Translations under genes and position numbers: made by a program
DNA from: Polyangiaceae bacterium
Lineage (GTDB): Bacteria > Myxococcota_A > Polyangia > Polyangiales > Polyangiaceae
Assembly: GCA_033763455.1 (NCBI GenBank)
Contig: JANRKO010000073.1
Location: forward strand, 64,001 to 128,000
Direction of reading: 5' to 3'
DNA length: 64,000 nt
The notes under the pieces: model-generated
Database searches by the model: none
The model's input: only the letters and a program-made list of their open reading frames with translations
What the model was told of the DNA's origin: nothing
Shown here: positions 30,413 through 38,939 of the stretch, in pieces
Layout of the letters: every line of letters begins with the position of its first letter
Numbering within the stretch: the stretch's first letter is position 1

Positions 30413-31483
30413 GTGCAACTCCAACTCGACGTACCCCTGGCACCGCTCACTACCCTGAAGCTCGGCGGCACTGCCAGCCACTTCGTCCATGCATCCGAGC
30501 CCCAAGAACTTTCAGAGGCCATTCGCTTCGCCAAAGAAGAAGGGCTGCCGCTCTACGTACTTGGCGGAGGCAGCAATCTAGTGGTGGCTGATAGCGGCGT
30601 GCGAGGCCTCGTGGTGCAGCCCGCGCTTTCGGGACTCACGTTTGAGCCAGAGGGCGACCACGTGGTGGCGACTGTCGGTGCTGGGGTTCTGTGGGACACC
30701 TTCGTGGCAAACTCAGTGGAGCGGCAGCTCCAGGGCCTGGAGTGCTTGAGCGGGATCCCAGGGTTCGTGGGAGCCACGCCGATCCAAAATGTCGGAGCCT
30801 ATGGGCAGGAGGTGGGAGAGGTGGTGGTAAGCGTATCTGCACTCGATCGCCAGACGGGTGCCTCCGTGGAGTTCAGCAATGAGGAGTGCCGCTTCAGCTA
30901 TCGCGACTCATTCTTCAAGAGTGCAGCGGCGGAGCGGTTTCTCGTGACCGAAGTAAAGTTTAGATTAACACCTAACGGCTCGCCTGCCGTTCGCTACGCA
31001 GAGCTCGCACGTTATTTCGCGAGTGAAGGGATCTCCAAGCCCACCCTAGCCGCCACACGTCGCGCCATCCTGCACCTCCGGCGCCAGAAATCGATGCTCC
31101 TCGACGAAAGCGACCCCAACGGGCGTAGCTGCGGCTCGTTTTTCGTGAACCCCATCGTGAGCCAAGCCAAGCTCGACCTCATCCAAAAAGGCTCAGCGGA
31201 TAAGGTTCCGAGTTTTCCGCAACCGAACGGCGACCAAAAGCTCGCCGCAGGTTGGCTCATAGAACACGCGGGCCTCAGCCGAGGCTTTTCCCAGGGGCCG
31301 GTGGGGCTCTCAACGAAACATTGCCTCGCACTGGTTGCTCATCAGGGGGCCACCACGCGGGACCTCATCGCTCTCGCGAGGACGGTGCGTGAGCGCGTCC
31401 ATGCAAAGTTCGGGGTGGATCTTGTCCCAGAACCGAACTTCTGGGGGTTTCACGAGTTCGCAGCTGGCCTTCCCAAAAGCTAG
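30413..31483 (+). CDS. murB: UDP-N-acetylmuramate dehydrogenase
   Basis: LGGGSN, GLECLSGIPG, PIQNVGAYG, FSYRDS, CGSFFVNP; GTG at 30413. Confidence 0.96.
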   Translation: MQLQLDVPLAPLTTLKLGGTASHFVHASEPQELSEAIRFAKEEGLPLYVLGGGSNLVVADSGVRGLVVQPALSGLTFEPEGDHVVATVGAGVLWDTFVANSVERQLQGLECLSGIPGFVGATPIQNVGAYGQEVGEVVVSVSALDRQTGASVEFSNEECRFSYRDSFFKSAAAERFLVTEVKFRLTPNGSPAVRYAELARYFASEGISKPTLAATRRAILHLRRQKSMLLDESDPNGRSCGSFFVNPIVSQAKLDLIQKGSADKVPSFPQPNGDQKLAAGWLIEHAGLSRGFSQGPVGLSTKHCLALVAHQGATTRDLIALARTVRERVHAKFGVDLVPEPNFWGFHEFAAGLPKS

Positions 31484-31665
31484 ACGCCCCGTACAAGCCG
31501 TCCCCCTCCGGTGGCCCTCCACCCCACCGCGATCTTTTTCCGCAGCAAGTGCCCCATAGTCAGATTGACGGGGCACCTCACGCGATGCACCCTTCTTGGG
31601 CCCCCATACGGGAACGGCCGCGCAGGTGCGCCGAGCCGCTACCATCGAAACACTCAAGGGACCTA

Positions 31666-33429
31666 ATGGTAAAACCAGACGCCCGACCAAGGCACAAGCT
31701 GTTGCAGTTTCCGCTCGGAGCTGGCGTGGCAATGTTGTTGCTGACAGGCTGCGGGGCCACAAGCAGCGACGGCGCAAAGAGCGGCAACCCCAAGGGGCCG
31801 AGCACCGCGGCAACCACTACATCCACGGTTCCCCCTGCGATGGTGTTTCCGCCCCCGGTAATCCCCGAATGTGGCACCCCCATCACCCCAGGGCCCGGGC
31901 TACTCCGCCGCCTCACGAATGAAGAGTACATCCGCTCGGTGAGGGACATTTTCTACTTAACGCCGGATGAGGTCTCACAGCTTCAACCTCTCCTGCAAAA
32001 CGACGGGCTCGCGGTTGGCAATATTGCCGAAGGCCTGCGCCTTTCCCCGGATCACCTCCGCAAGTACCTGGATGTGGCGGCCAAAGTTGCCGATTTTGCG
32101 CTGAGCACCCCCGAGCGCCGAGCCAAGTTCGCGACGTGCGACTACGGAGCGGCTGGAGATCCTGGCTTCCAATGTCGCAAGGAGTTCTCGGGCGGGCTTG
32201 CCTACCGAATGTTCCGGCAAGCACTCCCCGAAATGCGAGTTTGGGACCTGGAGGCACTCGCGAACCGCGCCGTACCTTCGACTACCGATCCCGACCCCTA
32301 TCGCCCGGCGAAGCTGATGGTCCAGGGGTTGCTCACATCCCCTCGGTTCTTGCTGCGTTTGGAGAATCCAACCGCGCTCGCCTCTCACGGCTGGAAGAGC
32401 ATCACAAGCTGGGATCTCTCGGTCCGCTTGTCCTACATGCTCTGGGGAACGAATCCGGATGAGGCTTTGCAGCTCACGGCCCGTTCTCAACAGCTTAACA
32501 GCGCGGGTCAAATCGCCGACGTCACCCGAAAGATGCTCGTCGATCCGCGCGCGAAAGAAGGCATTGGGCGCTTCATCAACCGCTGGCTGGGAGTTGAGTT
32601 GGTGAGCGATGCAGTCCGCGACGCGGCCACCTATCCCGAGTGGAACGATGGGCTCAAGGTGTCGATGCAGGCCGAAACAGCCCGCTTCATGGAGGATTTT
32701 TGGTCCAAGCCCGGGCTCAACCTGCTTGATGCGTTCACGGCCAAGTACACGTACGTGGATGATAATCTGGCGGCGCTTTATGGCCTGCCGTTGCCAGGCC
32801 CCACCCTCACACGGGTGGATTTTGCGGCGAATTCACCCCGGGTCGGGTTCCTCACTCAGCCAGGGGTGCTGAGCGCGAGTATCTCTCAAAAGGAGCTCGT
32901 GGCGCCCATCCTGAGAGGCAAGTTCATTCGTAAGCAGTTTCTTTGCACGCTCAGTTTGCCAGAAGCGCCGCCAGTTGTTCCCTCGCCTCCGCAGGATCCG
33001 AACCTCACCACGCGCGATCGGTTAAGCCAGCACCGTACGAACACTTCGTGTGAGCCATGCCACCAACTGCTCGATCCCGTAGGCTTCGGGTTCGAGCAGT
33101 TTGACGCTATCGGGCGTTTCCGGGCCACGGGCAGCCAGGGCGAAGCCCTCACAGGGGCAGGCCAGGTTTTCGGTCTGCCCGGGGACCCAACCTTCACCGG
33201 CCCCGGCGAACTTGCGGCGTTACTCCAGGGCTCCGAAGAAGTGAGCGCATGTCTCGCCCAACAAGCCTTCCGCTACACCTACGGTCGCGAGCCCACGTCG
33301 GCCGATGCGTGCACGATCACGCAAGCTCGCGAGGCCTTCAAAGCGAAGAAGTTTGATCTACAAGAAATGATCGTGGCCATCACTACAAGCGACGCCTTCC
33401 GGTTCGCCAGCTACCCAGGAGCACTCTGA
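31666..33429 (+). CDS. DUF1587/1595/1592/1588/1585 (PSD-domain) lipoprotein with CxxCH
   Basis: LLLTGC lipobox; LRRLTNEEY, LLTSPRFL, RLSYMLWGTNPD, RVGFLTQ, PILRG, CEPCHQLLDPVGFGFEQFD. Confidence 0.88.
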   Translation: MVKPDARPRHKLLQFPLGAGVAMLLLTGCGATSSDGAKSGNPKGPSTAATTTSTVPPAMVFPPPVIPECGTPITPGPGLLRRLTNEEYIRSVRDIFYLTPDEVSQLQPLLQNDGLAVGNIAEGLRLSPDHLRKYLDVAAKVADFALSTPERRAKFATCDYGAAGDPGFQCRKEFSGGLAYRMFRQALPEMRVWDLEALANRAVPSTTDPDPYRPAKLMVQGLLTSPRFLLRLENPTALASHGWKSITSWDLSVRLSYMLWGTNPDEALQLTARSQQLNSAGQIADVTRKMLVDPRAKEGIGRFINRWLGVELVSDAVRDAATYPEWNDGLKVSMQAETARFMEDFWSKPGLNLLDAFTAKYTYVDDNLAALYGLPLPGPTLTRVDFAANSPRVGFLTQPGVLSASISQKELVAPILRGKFIRKQFLCTLSLPEAPPVVPSPPQDPNLTTRDRLSQHRTNTSCEPCHQLLDPVGFGFEQFDAIGRFRATGSQGEALTGAGQVFGLPGDPTFTGPGELAALLQGSEEVSACLAQQAFRYTYGREPTSADACTITQAREAFKAKKFDLQEMIVAITTSDAFRFASYPGAL

Positions 33430-34778
33430 TGAAACGCCATCTCTCTCGACGCACCTTGTTGCGCGGCATCGGGCTCGGCAGCGGCGTCTGCATTGGGCTG
33501 CCTATCTTGGATGCCATGCTCGATGGCAACGGCAACCTTATCGGCCGAGCAAAGGGGCAGGCCTCGGGTGCCACCAATTTCCTGACGTTTTTCATCCCCA
33601 ATGGAGTCTTCACCGACACTTTTTGGCCAGATCAGACCGGGGCCAACTACGAGTTGAGCCGGTGCCTAATGCCACTTTCCGAGTTTAAGTCTGACTTCAC
33701 GCTCGTTCAGGGGTTGGAAAAGCAAGAGGCATTTCGTAACCAAGATATCAACAACGATGCCCATGTGCGTGGGCACGCATCCTACGCCACGGGCGGCTCT
33801 TTAGCGAGCAACCTCACGTGTGAGTTCGCTTCGGTAGATCAGGTGGCGGCGGCCCAAATAGGCACCGGCATGCGCTTTAAATCCCTGCCTGTTGCCCTAG
33901 GGGGTGCACTTGGAGAAGTGTCCGACAACATCTCTTGGGAGACGGGCAATACCCCCGTGCAAGCGACGCGCGATCCCGCGCTTTTGTTCGAAAAGCTCTT
34001 CGGAAAACCTGCTGGCGGTGGGCTCTCGGTGGATTACCGCACGAGCGTGCTCGACTACGTCGCCGACGACATCACCAAAGTGAAAATGGAGATCCCTTTC
34101 ACGGACAAAGCTCGGCTGGATGAGTATCTCACCTCCGTGCGCGACCTGGAAACGCAGTTGGCTCCAGTTGCCACGTTGGGCCCAGATTGCGTGGCGCCAG
34201 CCGTGCCAGACGCGCGCATTGGCGGTGAACCTCCAGCCATCGACGATAACGACGGCACCTACTCGAATGAACGCGCGCAACTCCTATTGCGCCTCCAGGT
34301 TCTCGCTTTCTCTTGTGGCTTCACGCGCGTGGGCAGCTTCATGCTCGCCTCACGCGGCAACAAGCGCCAGTTCAAGTGGCTCGGAGCTGTGCACGGGGAA
34401 GACGGGCATCACGGTATCTCCCACGAAACTACGCCCGAGGGTCGCGAAGCGCAGAGCAAGATCGTGACAGATGAGATGGAGCAGTTCGCTTACATGCTCC
34501 GCCTCATGAAGGGCATTCCCCAGGGTGGGCAAAACCTCCTTTACAACTCACTCATCTTCTTCGCCAACGAGTGCGGCCAGGGAGACTCCCATGACTTTAG
34601 TAATATCCCTGTGATTCTTGCAGGCCAGGCAGGCGGCAAGGTCCAACATGGGCGACACATCCGCTACAATGAAGGAACCCCCTACGACAACATGCTGCTT
34701 ACAGTGCTGCGTGTCCTGGGTCTTTCCAATCCCACCTTTGGGGTCTACGGCAAGCAAACGCTGTCGGATTTCGTCTAA
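33429..34778 (+). CDS. DUF1552 (HXXSHH) family Tat-exported protein
   Basis: LSRRTLLRG..GLPILDAM, FIPNG, SVDQVAA, HHGISH, NIPVILAG; TGATG coupling to the upstream gene. Confidence 0.9.
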   Translation: MKRHLSRRTLLRGIGLGSGVCIGLPILDAMLDGNGNLIGRAKGQASGATNFLTFFIPNGVFTDTFWPDQTGANYELSRCLMPLSEFKSDFTLVQGLEKQEAFRNQDINNDAHVRGHASYATGGSLASNLTCEFASVDQVAAAQIGTGMRFKSLPVALGGALGEVSDNISWETGNTPVQATRDPALLFEKLFGKPAGGGLSVDYRTSVLDYVADDITKVKMEIPFTDKARLDEYLTSVRDLETQLAPVATLGPDCVAPAVPDARIGGEPPAIDDNDGTYSNERAQLLLRLQVLAFSCGFTRVGSFMLASRGNKRQFKWLGAVHGEDGHHGISHETTPEGREAQSKIVTDEMEQFAYMLRLMKGIPQGGQNLLYNSLIFFANECGQGDSHDFSNIPVILAGQAGGKVQHGRHIRYNEGTPYDNMLLTVLRVLGLSNPTFGVYGKQTLSDFV

Positions 34779-34867
34779 GTTTCGCTGGTGCGTCAGAGCC
34801 TGCGTACTGCGAATCGTCCAAATTCCGCATGCGGCTTGGCCGACGTCGCGTTATGACGCGGGTCGAC

Positions 34868-37627
34868 ATGTCCACCAGACAAGCTTCTGTAAACTCCCCG
34901 CTCCACGACGACGTTCGTTGGCTGACCGCCACCCTCGGCGAAACGATCCGTCGCCTCGAAGGCGAAACGGTATTTCAAGCAGTGGAGGCCCTCCGCGTCC
35001 TCGGCCGCAAGCGTCGGCAGGCGAACGCCGATTTTTCTGGGCTAATGGGAGAGATCGAAAAGCTGGAACTTGGGACCGCGTCCAAGGTGGCGCGCGCATT
35101 TTCGCTGCTCTTCTTCCTAATCAACATTGCCGAGCAGGTGCAGCGAGTGCGTCGCCGCGAGCAATACGAAGAGGGTGCCGGTGAAACGCCCCAGCCTGCG
35201 TCCTTACACTGGGCTCTCCTTCGTCTGAAAGACCGCGGCTACACGGCGGAAAAGGCGCGGGAAGTCCTCACATCGCTCGAGGTTCGCCCGGTTCTCACAG
35301 CTCACCCGACTGAATCCAAGCGACGCACACTTTTGGCCCTACACGCTCGCCTGGCAGATGCGCTCTTGGCTCGCGGCCGCGCGCATTCCGCTAAACGACG
35401 GCAGATAGAGGAAGCCATCGTGGCCGAAGTTGAGCTGCTTTGGCTCACCGATGAAGTGCGGCGTGATCGCCCAAGCGTGATGGATGAGGTTACGACAGCC
35501 ATTTGGTACCTAGAGGGGCGCCTTTTGGGAGCCACAGAGGCGACCAATGCCAATCTCGCGCGAGCTTTCTTGGACGTTTACCAAGAACCCGCGAAAATTC
35601 ATCTCCACTTCCCGCTGGGCAGCTGGGTGGGTGGGGATCGCGACGGCAACCCGTTCGTCACACCTGAGGTTAGCATCTTGGCTGCACGCCGCTCAGCGTA
35701 CGCAGTGGTTGGCCATTACCGCCGTGTGATGGAAACGCTCACCGAACGCCTCAGTGTTTCAGATCTGCATGGGGCTAAGACTGCCGAGCTCCGGAGCTCT
35801 ATCGAGGCAGACAAGCAACACTTGCCCGCTGTATGGGAAGCCAACCGACGCCGGGACCGACACGAGCCAGTACGCCTCAAGTTAACGTTAATGCACGAAC
35901 GCCTGGGTGCGCTCCAGAAAGAAATCGCGAGTCGAGATCGCGGCAAGCCTGAGGAAGTGCCTGGGGCCTACCAGAAAGCCGAGGAGTTCCTGAGCGATCT
36001 TGGAATAGTTCGCGACGCACTTGTGGCTGCCAAAGCTCGGCACAGCCAAGATCAGCTGCTGGAGCCGCTTATCTCCCAGGTGGAAGCCCTTGGCTTTTTT
36101 GGCTACCGGCTCGATTTTCGGGACGACGCCGACGTGCACACCCGGACCTTGAAAGCCATCGCGGGAGCACTTTCTATACCCGAGTTTTCAGTGGAACGGC
36201 TGCGTGAAGAGCTCACTTCGCGACGCCCCCTGCTCGCCCCACACATCGCGCTCGGTGCGGAAGCAGAAAAGGCCATGGGCGTTTTTTATGCCATGCGCAC
36301 CGTGCAGGATCAATTCGGGGAGCGTGCCGCCTCCACCTACATCATCTCGATGGCCCGTTCGCGCGATGACCTTCTGCGCGTGCTCTTGCTCGCTCGTGAA
36401 GCAAGCCTCGTGAATCTTGCTGAGGATGAGCCCACATCACGGGTGGACGTTGTTCCACTATTTGAAACCCGCCGTGATCTTGAAAACGCCCCAGCCGTGT
36501 TCAGTGAGCTCATCTCGGATCCTGTCTACCGTCGCCAGTTGAAGGCGCGCGGCAATCGACAAGAAATCATGATTGGTTACTCCGATTCCGCCAAAGATGT
36601 GGGCGTTTTGGGTGCAGCATGGCTGCTTTATGAGGCCCAAGAAAAGCTGACGGAGCTCGCAGTAGAAGCGGGGATCAAGCTTACCATCTTCCACGGCCAA
36701 GGAGGCACGGTTGGGCGCGGCGGCGGCTCGCCCGTGTATCGCGCGCTCACGGCCCTCCCGCCCAACACCGTAACAGGTGCCATCAAGATCACCGAGCAAG
36801 GTGAAGTAATTTCCCAGAAGTTCGATCTACCCTCGATTGCTGAACGCAGCCTTGAGGTCATGTTCGTAGGAACATTGTTCGCGATGCTGGATGATTATCG
36901 GCGCGCAGGAGTGGATAGGGCAACGGAGCATAAATTTAGGCAAACGATGAAACGAATCGCGGATGCCTCTATCGAGAGCTTTCGGCGGGTGGTGCACGAT
37001 GACACCGCCCTGTTTGATCTCTTCACCAACGCTACGCCACTAAAAGAGCTTGCGCACGTGCACTACGGTTCGCGGCCCGCGTATCGACCGAACGGCGCCG
37101 GAACCATGACTGGCATCCGCGCGATCCCGTGGAACTTCGGGTGGACGCAAATCCGCCTGATGCCTACGGCGTGGCTCGGAGTCGGGAGCGCCCTCGGCGA
37201 GGTGATAGCAGAGCCTGGCGGCCTAGAGCTTTTGCAGAACATGGCAAAATCCTGGCCGTTTTTTGCCGACTTACTGTCCAAGATCGAAATGGTGTGCGCC
37301 AAGGCGGAGCTTGATGTGGCGCGCCTCTACGTTTCGGAACTTTGGCATACGGCAGGCCTGTACGAATCGCTCGAAGCCGAATACCACCGCACGGTCGCTG
37401 CGCTGCTAGCAATCCGTGGCCAAACGCAGCTCTTGGGCGCTCATCAGTTTCTGCCGGATGCTCTGAAGCTCCGCAACGCCTATGTGGATCCGTTGAGCGC
37501 CCTTCAGGTGCATCTTCTGAAAAGGAAACGGGAGCTGCCCGAGGGGCACGCGGATTTGGAGCTCATCAACCAAGCGCTCGGCGCCACGCTGAACGGCATA
37601 GCTCAGGGCATGCGCAATACGGGCTAA
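34868..37627 (+). CDS. ppc: Phosphoenolpyruvate carboxylase
   Basis: VLTAHPTE, SWVGGDRDGNP, VPLFET, MIGYSDSAKD, IRAIPW, C-terminal MRNTG; start at 34853 or 34868. Confidence 0.97.
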   Translation: MSTRQASVNSPLHDDVRWLTATLGETIRRLEGETVFQAVEALRVLGRKRRQANADFSGLMGEIEKLELGTASKVARAFSLLFFLINIAEQVQRVRRREQYEEGAGETPQPASLHWALLRLKDRGYTAEKAREVLTSLEVRPVLTAHPTESKRRTLLALHARLADALLARGRAHSAKRRQIEEAIVAEVELLWLTDEVRRDRPSVMDEVTTAIWYLEGRLLGATEATNANLARAFLDVYQEPAKIHLHFPLGSWVGGDRDGNPFVTPEVSILAARRSAYAVVGHYRRVMETLTERLSVSDLHGAKTAELRSSIEADKQHLPAVWEANRRRDRHEPVRLKLTLMHERLGALQKEIASRDRGKPEEVPGAYQKAEEFLSDLGIVRDALVAAKARHSQDQLLEPLISQVEALGFFGYRLDFRDDADVHTRTLKAIAGALSIPEFSVERLREELTSRRPLLAPHIALGAEAEKAMGVFYAMRTVQDQFGERAASTYIISMARSRDDLLRVLLLAREASLVNLAEDEPTSRVDVVPLFETRRDLENAPAVFSELISDPVYRRQLKARGNRQEIMIGYSDSAKDVGVLGAAWLLYEAQEKLTELAVEAGIKLTIFHGQGGTVGRGGGSPVYRALTALPPNTVTGAIKITEQGEVISQKFDLPSIAERSLEVMFVGTLFAMLDDYRRAGVDRATEHKFRQTMKRIADASIESFRRVVHDDTALFDLFTNATPLKELAHVHYGSRPAYRPNGAGTMTGIRAIPWNFGWTQIRLMPTAWLGVGSALGEVIAEPGGLELLQNMAKSWPFFADLLSKIEMVCAKAELDVARLYVSELWHTAGLYESLEAEYHRTVAALLAIRGQTQLLGAHQFLPDALKLRNAYVDPLSALQVHLLKRKRELPEGHADLELINQALGATLNGIAQGMRNTG

Positions 37628-37635
37628 GAACTGAA

Positions 37636-38460
37636 CTAGAAAAATGTCTCCATCTGCGTGGGGAATGCGCGCTCGTGTACGGCTCCGTGGGCCATAAGCG
37701 CCGTGAGGATGGCGCAACGCTCTGGCTCTTTGGCGGCGTCGCAGATGAGCGACTCTTTGCGCATAGATTCAACGCTCACCACGGTGTCTGCCCTTGGCTT
37801 GAGAGCCTTGGACTCGAACCCGCCCGGCGTACCGTCCACACTTACGCGTCTTTCTTCAGCGTGGCAGAGCCCGCAGATGGAGGCACCATTGAACGGGATC
37901 CGTGAAAAGGCGTCCGCCATACCGAGCGGCTTGTCCACAGGAAACTCAATCTCGCTCTTAACGGATCGCGTAGCGCTCGTGAGCTGACTGGACTCAAGAA
38001 AATTCCGCCCCAGACCATCAGGCACCACCGAAAGCACCATTTGTCCAGAAAAGATAAACACTCGGGGGCTGCGATTACCAACCGCCGGCTGAGCGCTGAA
38101 CACGCTGCTCGTAGCATTAACCTGAAGCGGCCGCTCCAGGCTCTCTAAAAAGCAAGGGATCGTAACGGGATGTGGCAAGGCGTTGATCAACGTGAGCACC
38201 TCGCTCAAGGTTCCGGGCGAACCGGAGACACCTTTGGGGGCCACACAGCCCCGCGGCACAGTACCTTCAGTCGGCGCAGCGCCGCTTGGCTCCGCCGCGG
38301 CCACAACCGGCGAAACCTCTGGGTCCTCAAAGGTCAGACCCGCGGTCTCAGGCTGACCGCCACACGCCCCCAGCCCTAGCAACGACGCTAGGAGCCAAGG
38401 CCCCCCGACGATGCGGCTAGATTTGGCTTGGACCTCAAAAAAGCCACTTCGCGTCGGCAT
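37636..38460 (-). CDS. Hypothetical lipoprotein with one CxxCH motif
   Basis: Lipobox LGAC; ICGLCH; further Cys residues; start uncertain. Confidence 0.6.
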   Translation of the reverse strand: MPTRSGFFEVQAKSSRIVGGPWLLASLLGLGACGGQPETAGLTFEDPEVSPVVAAAEPSGAAPTEGTVPRGCVAPKGVSGSPGTLSEVLTLINALPHPVTIPCFLESLERPLQVNATSSVFSAQPAVGNRSPRVFIFSGQMVLSVVPDGLGRNFLESSQLTSATRSVKSEIEFPVDKPLGMADAFSRIPFNGASICGLCHAEERRVSVDGTPGGFESKALKPRADTVVSVESMRKESLICDAAKEPERCAILTALMAHGAVHERAFPTQMETFF

Positions 38461-38597
38461 ACATCTCAAATTAGGTGCCGGCCAACGTGCCAGCAAGCGA
38501 AACAATCACGTATATCTACTCCGCCTAGGAAACTTTTTCCGCAATTTCCGCCCTCCTTGGCCAGCTCTGCCCCGAGGGCGTGGTTAAGCTCTCCCCA

Positions 38598-38906
38598 ATG
38601 CCCTGTCTCGTCGGATGCCTTGCGTTAGCGTTTCCTCGACTCGCCGTAGTTTTAGTGTGGCTGCTCGGGGGCAGTTACCTATCGCGCGCCTATGAGCACT
38701 GGGTGTGGCCCGTTCTAGGCTTCTTCTTTCTACCGCTCACCACGCTAACATTTGCCTTTGCAATGAATTCGATGGGAGACCCGGGCAGTGTCTCGCCGCT
38801 CGGCTGGTTGCTGATTGCCCTCTCGGCCGCTCTTGACCTCGGTCTGGTTGGCCAAGGGCACTCAGGTTATCGAAAACGTGAACGCCAGAAGCGCGATGAT
38901 CGCTAG
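38598..38906 (+). CDS. Small membrane protein (about 3 TM)
   Basis: FPRLAVVLVWL, WPVLGFFFLPLTTL; basic C-terminal tail. Confidence 0.7.
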   Translation: MPCLVGCLALAFPRLAVVLVWLLGGSYLSRAYEHWVWPVLGFFFLPLTTLTFAFAMNSMGDPGSVSPLGWLLIALSAALDLGLVGQGHSGYRKRERQKRDDR

Positions 38907-38939
38907 CCGCCATGGCCCACCGCATGTCAGCTCGCAGGC

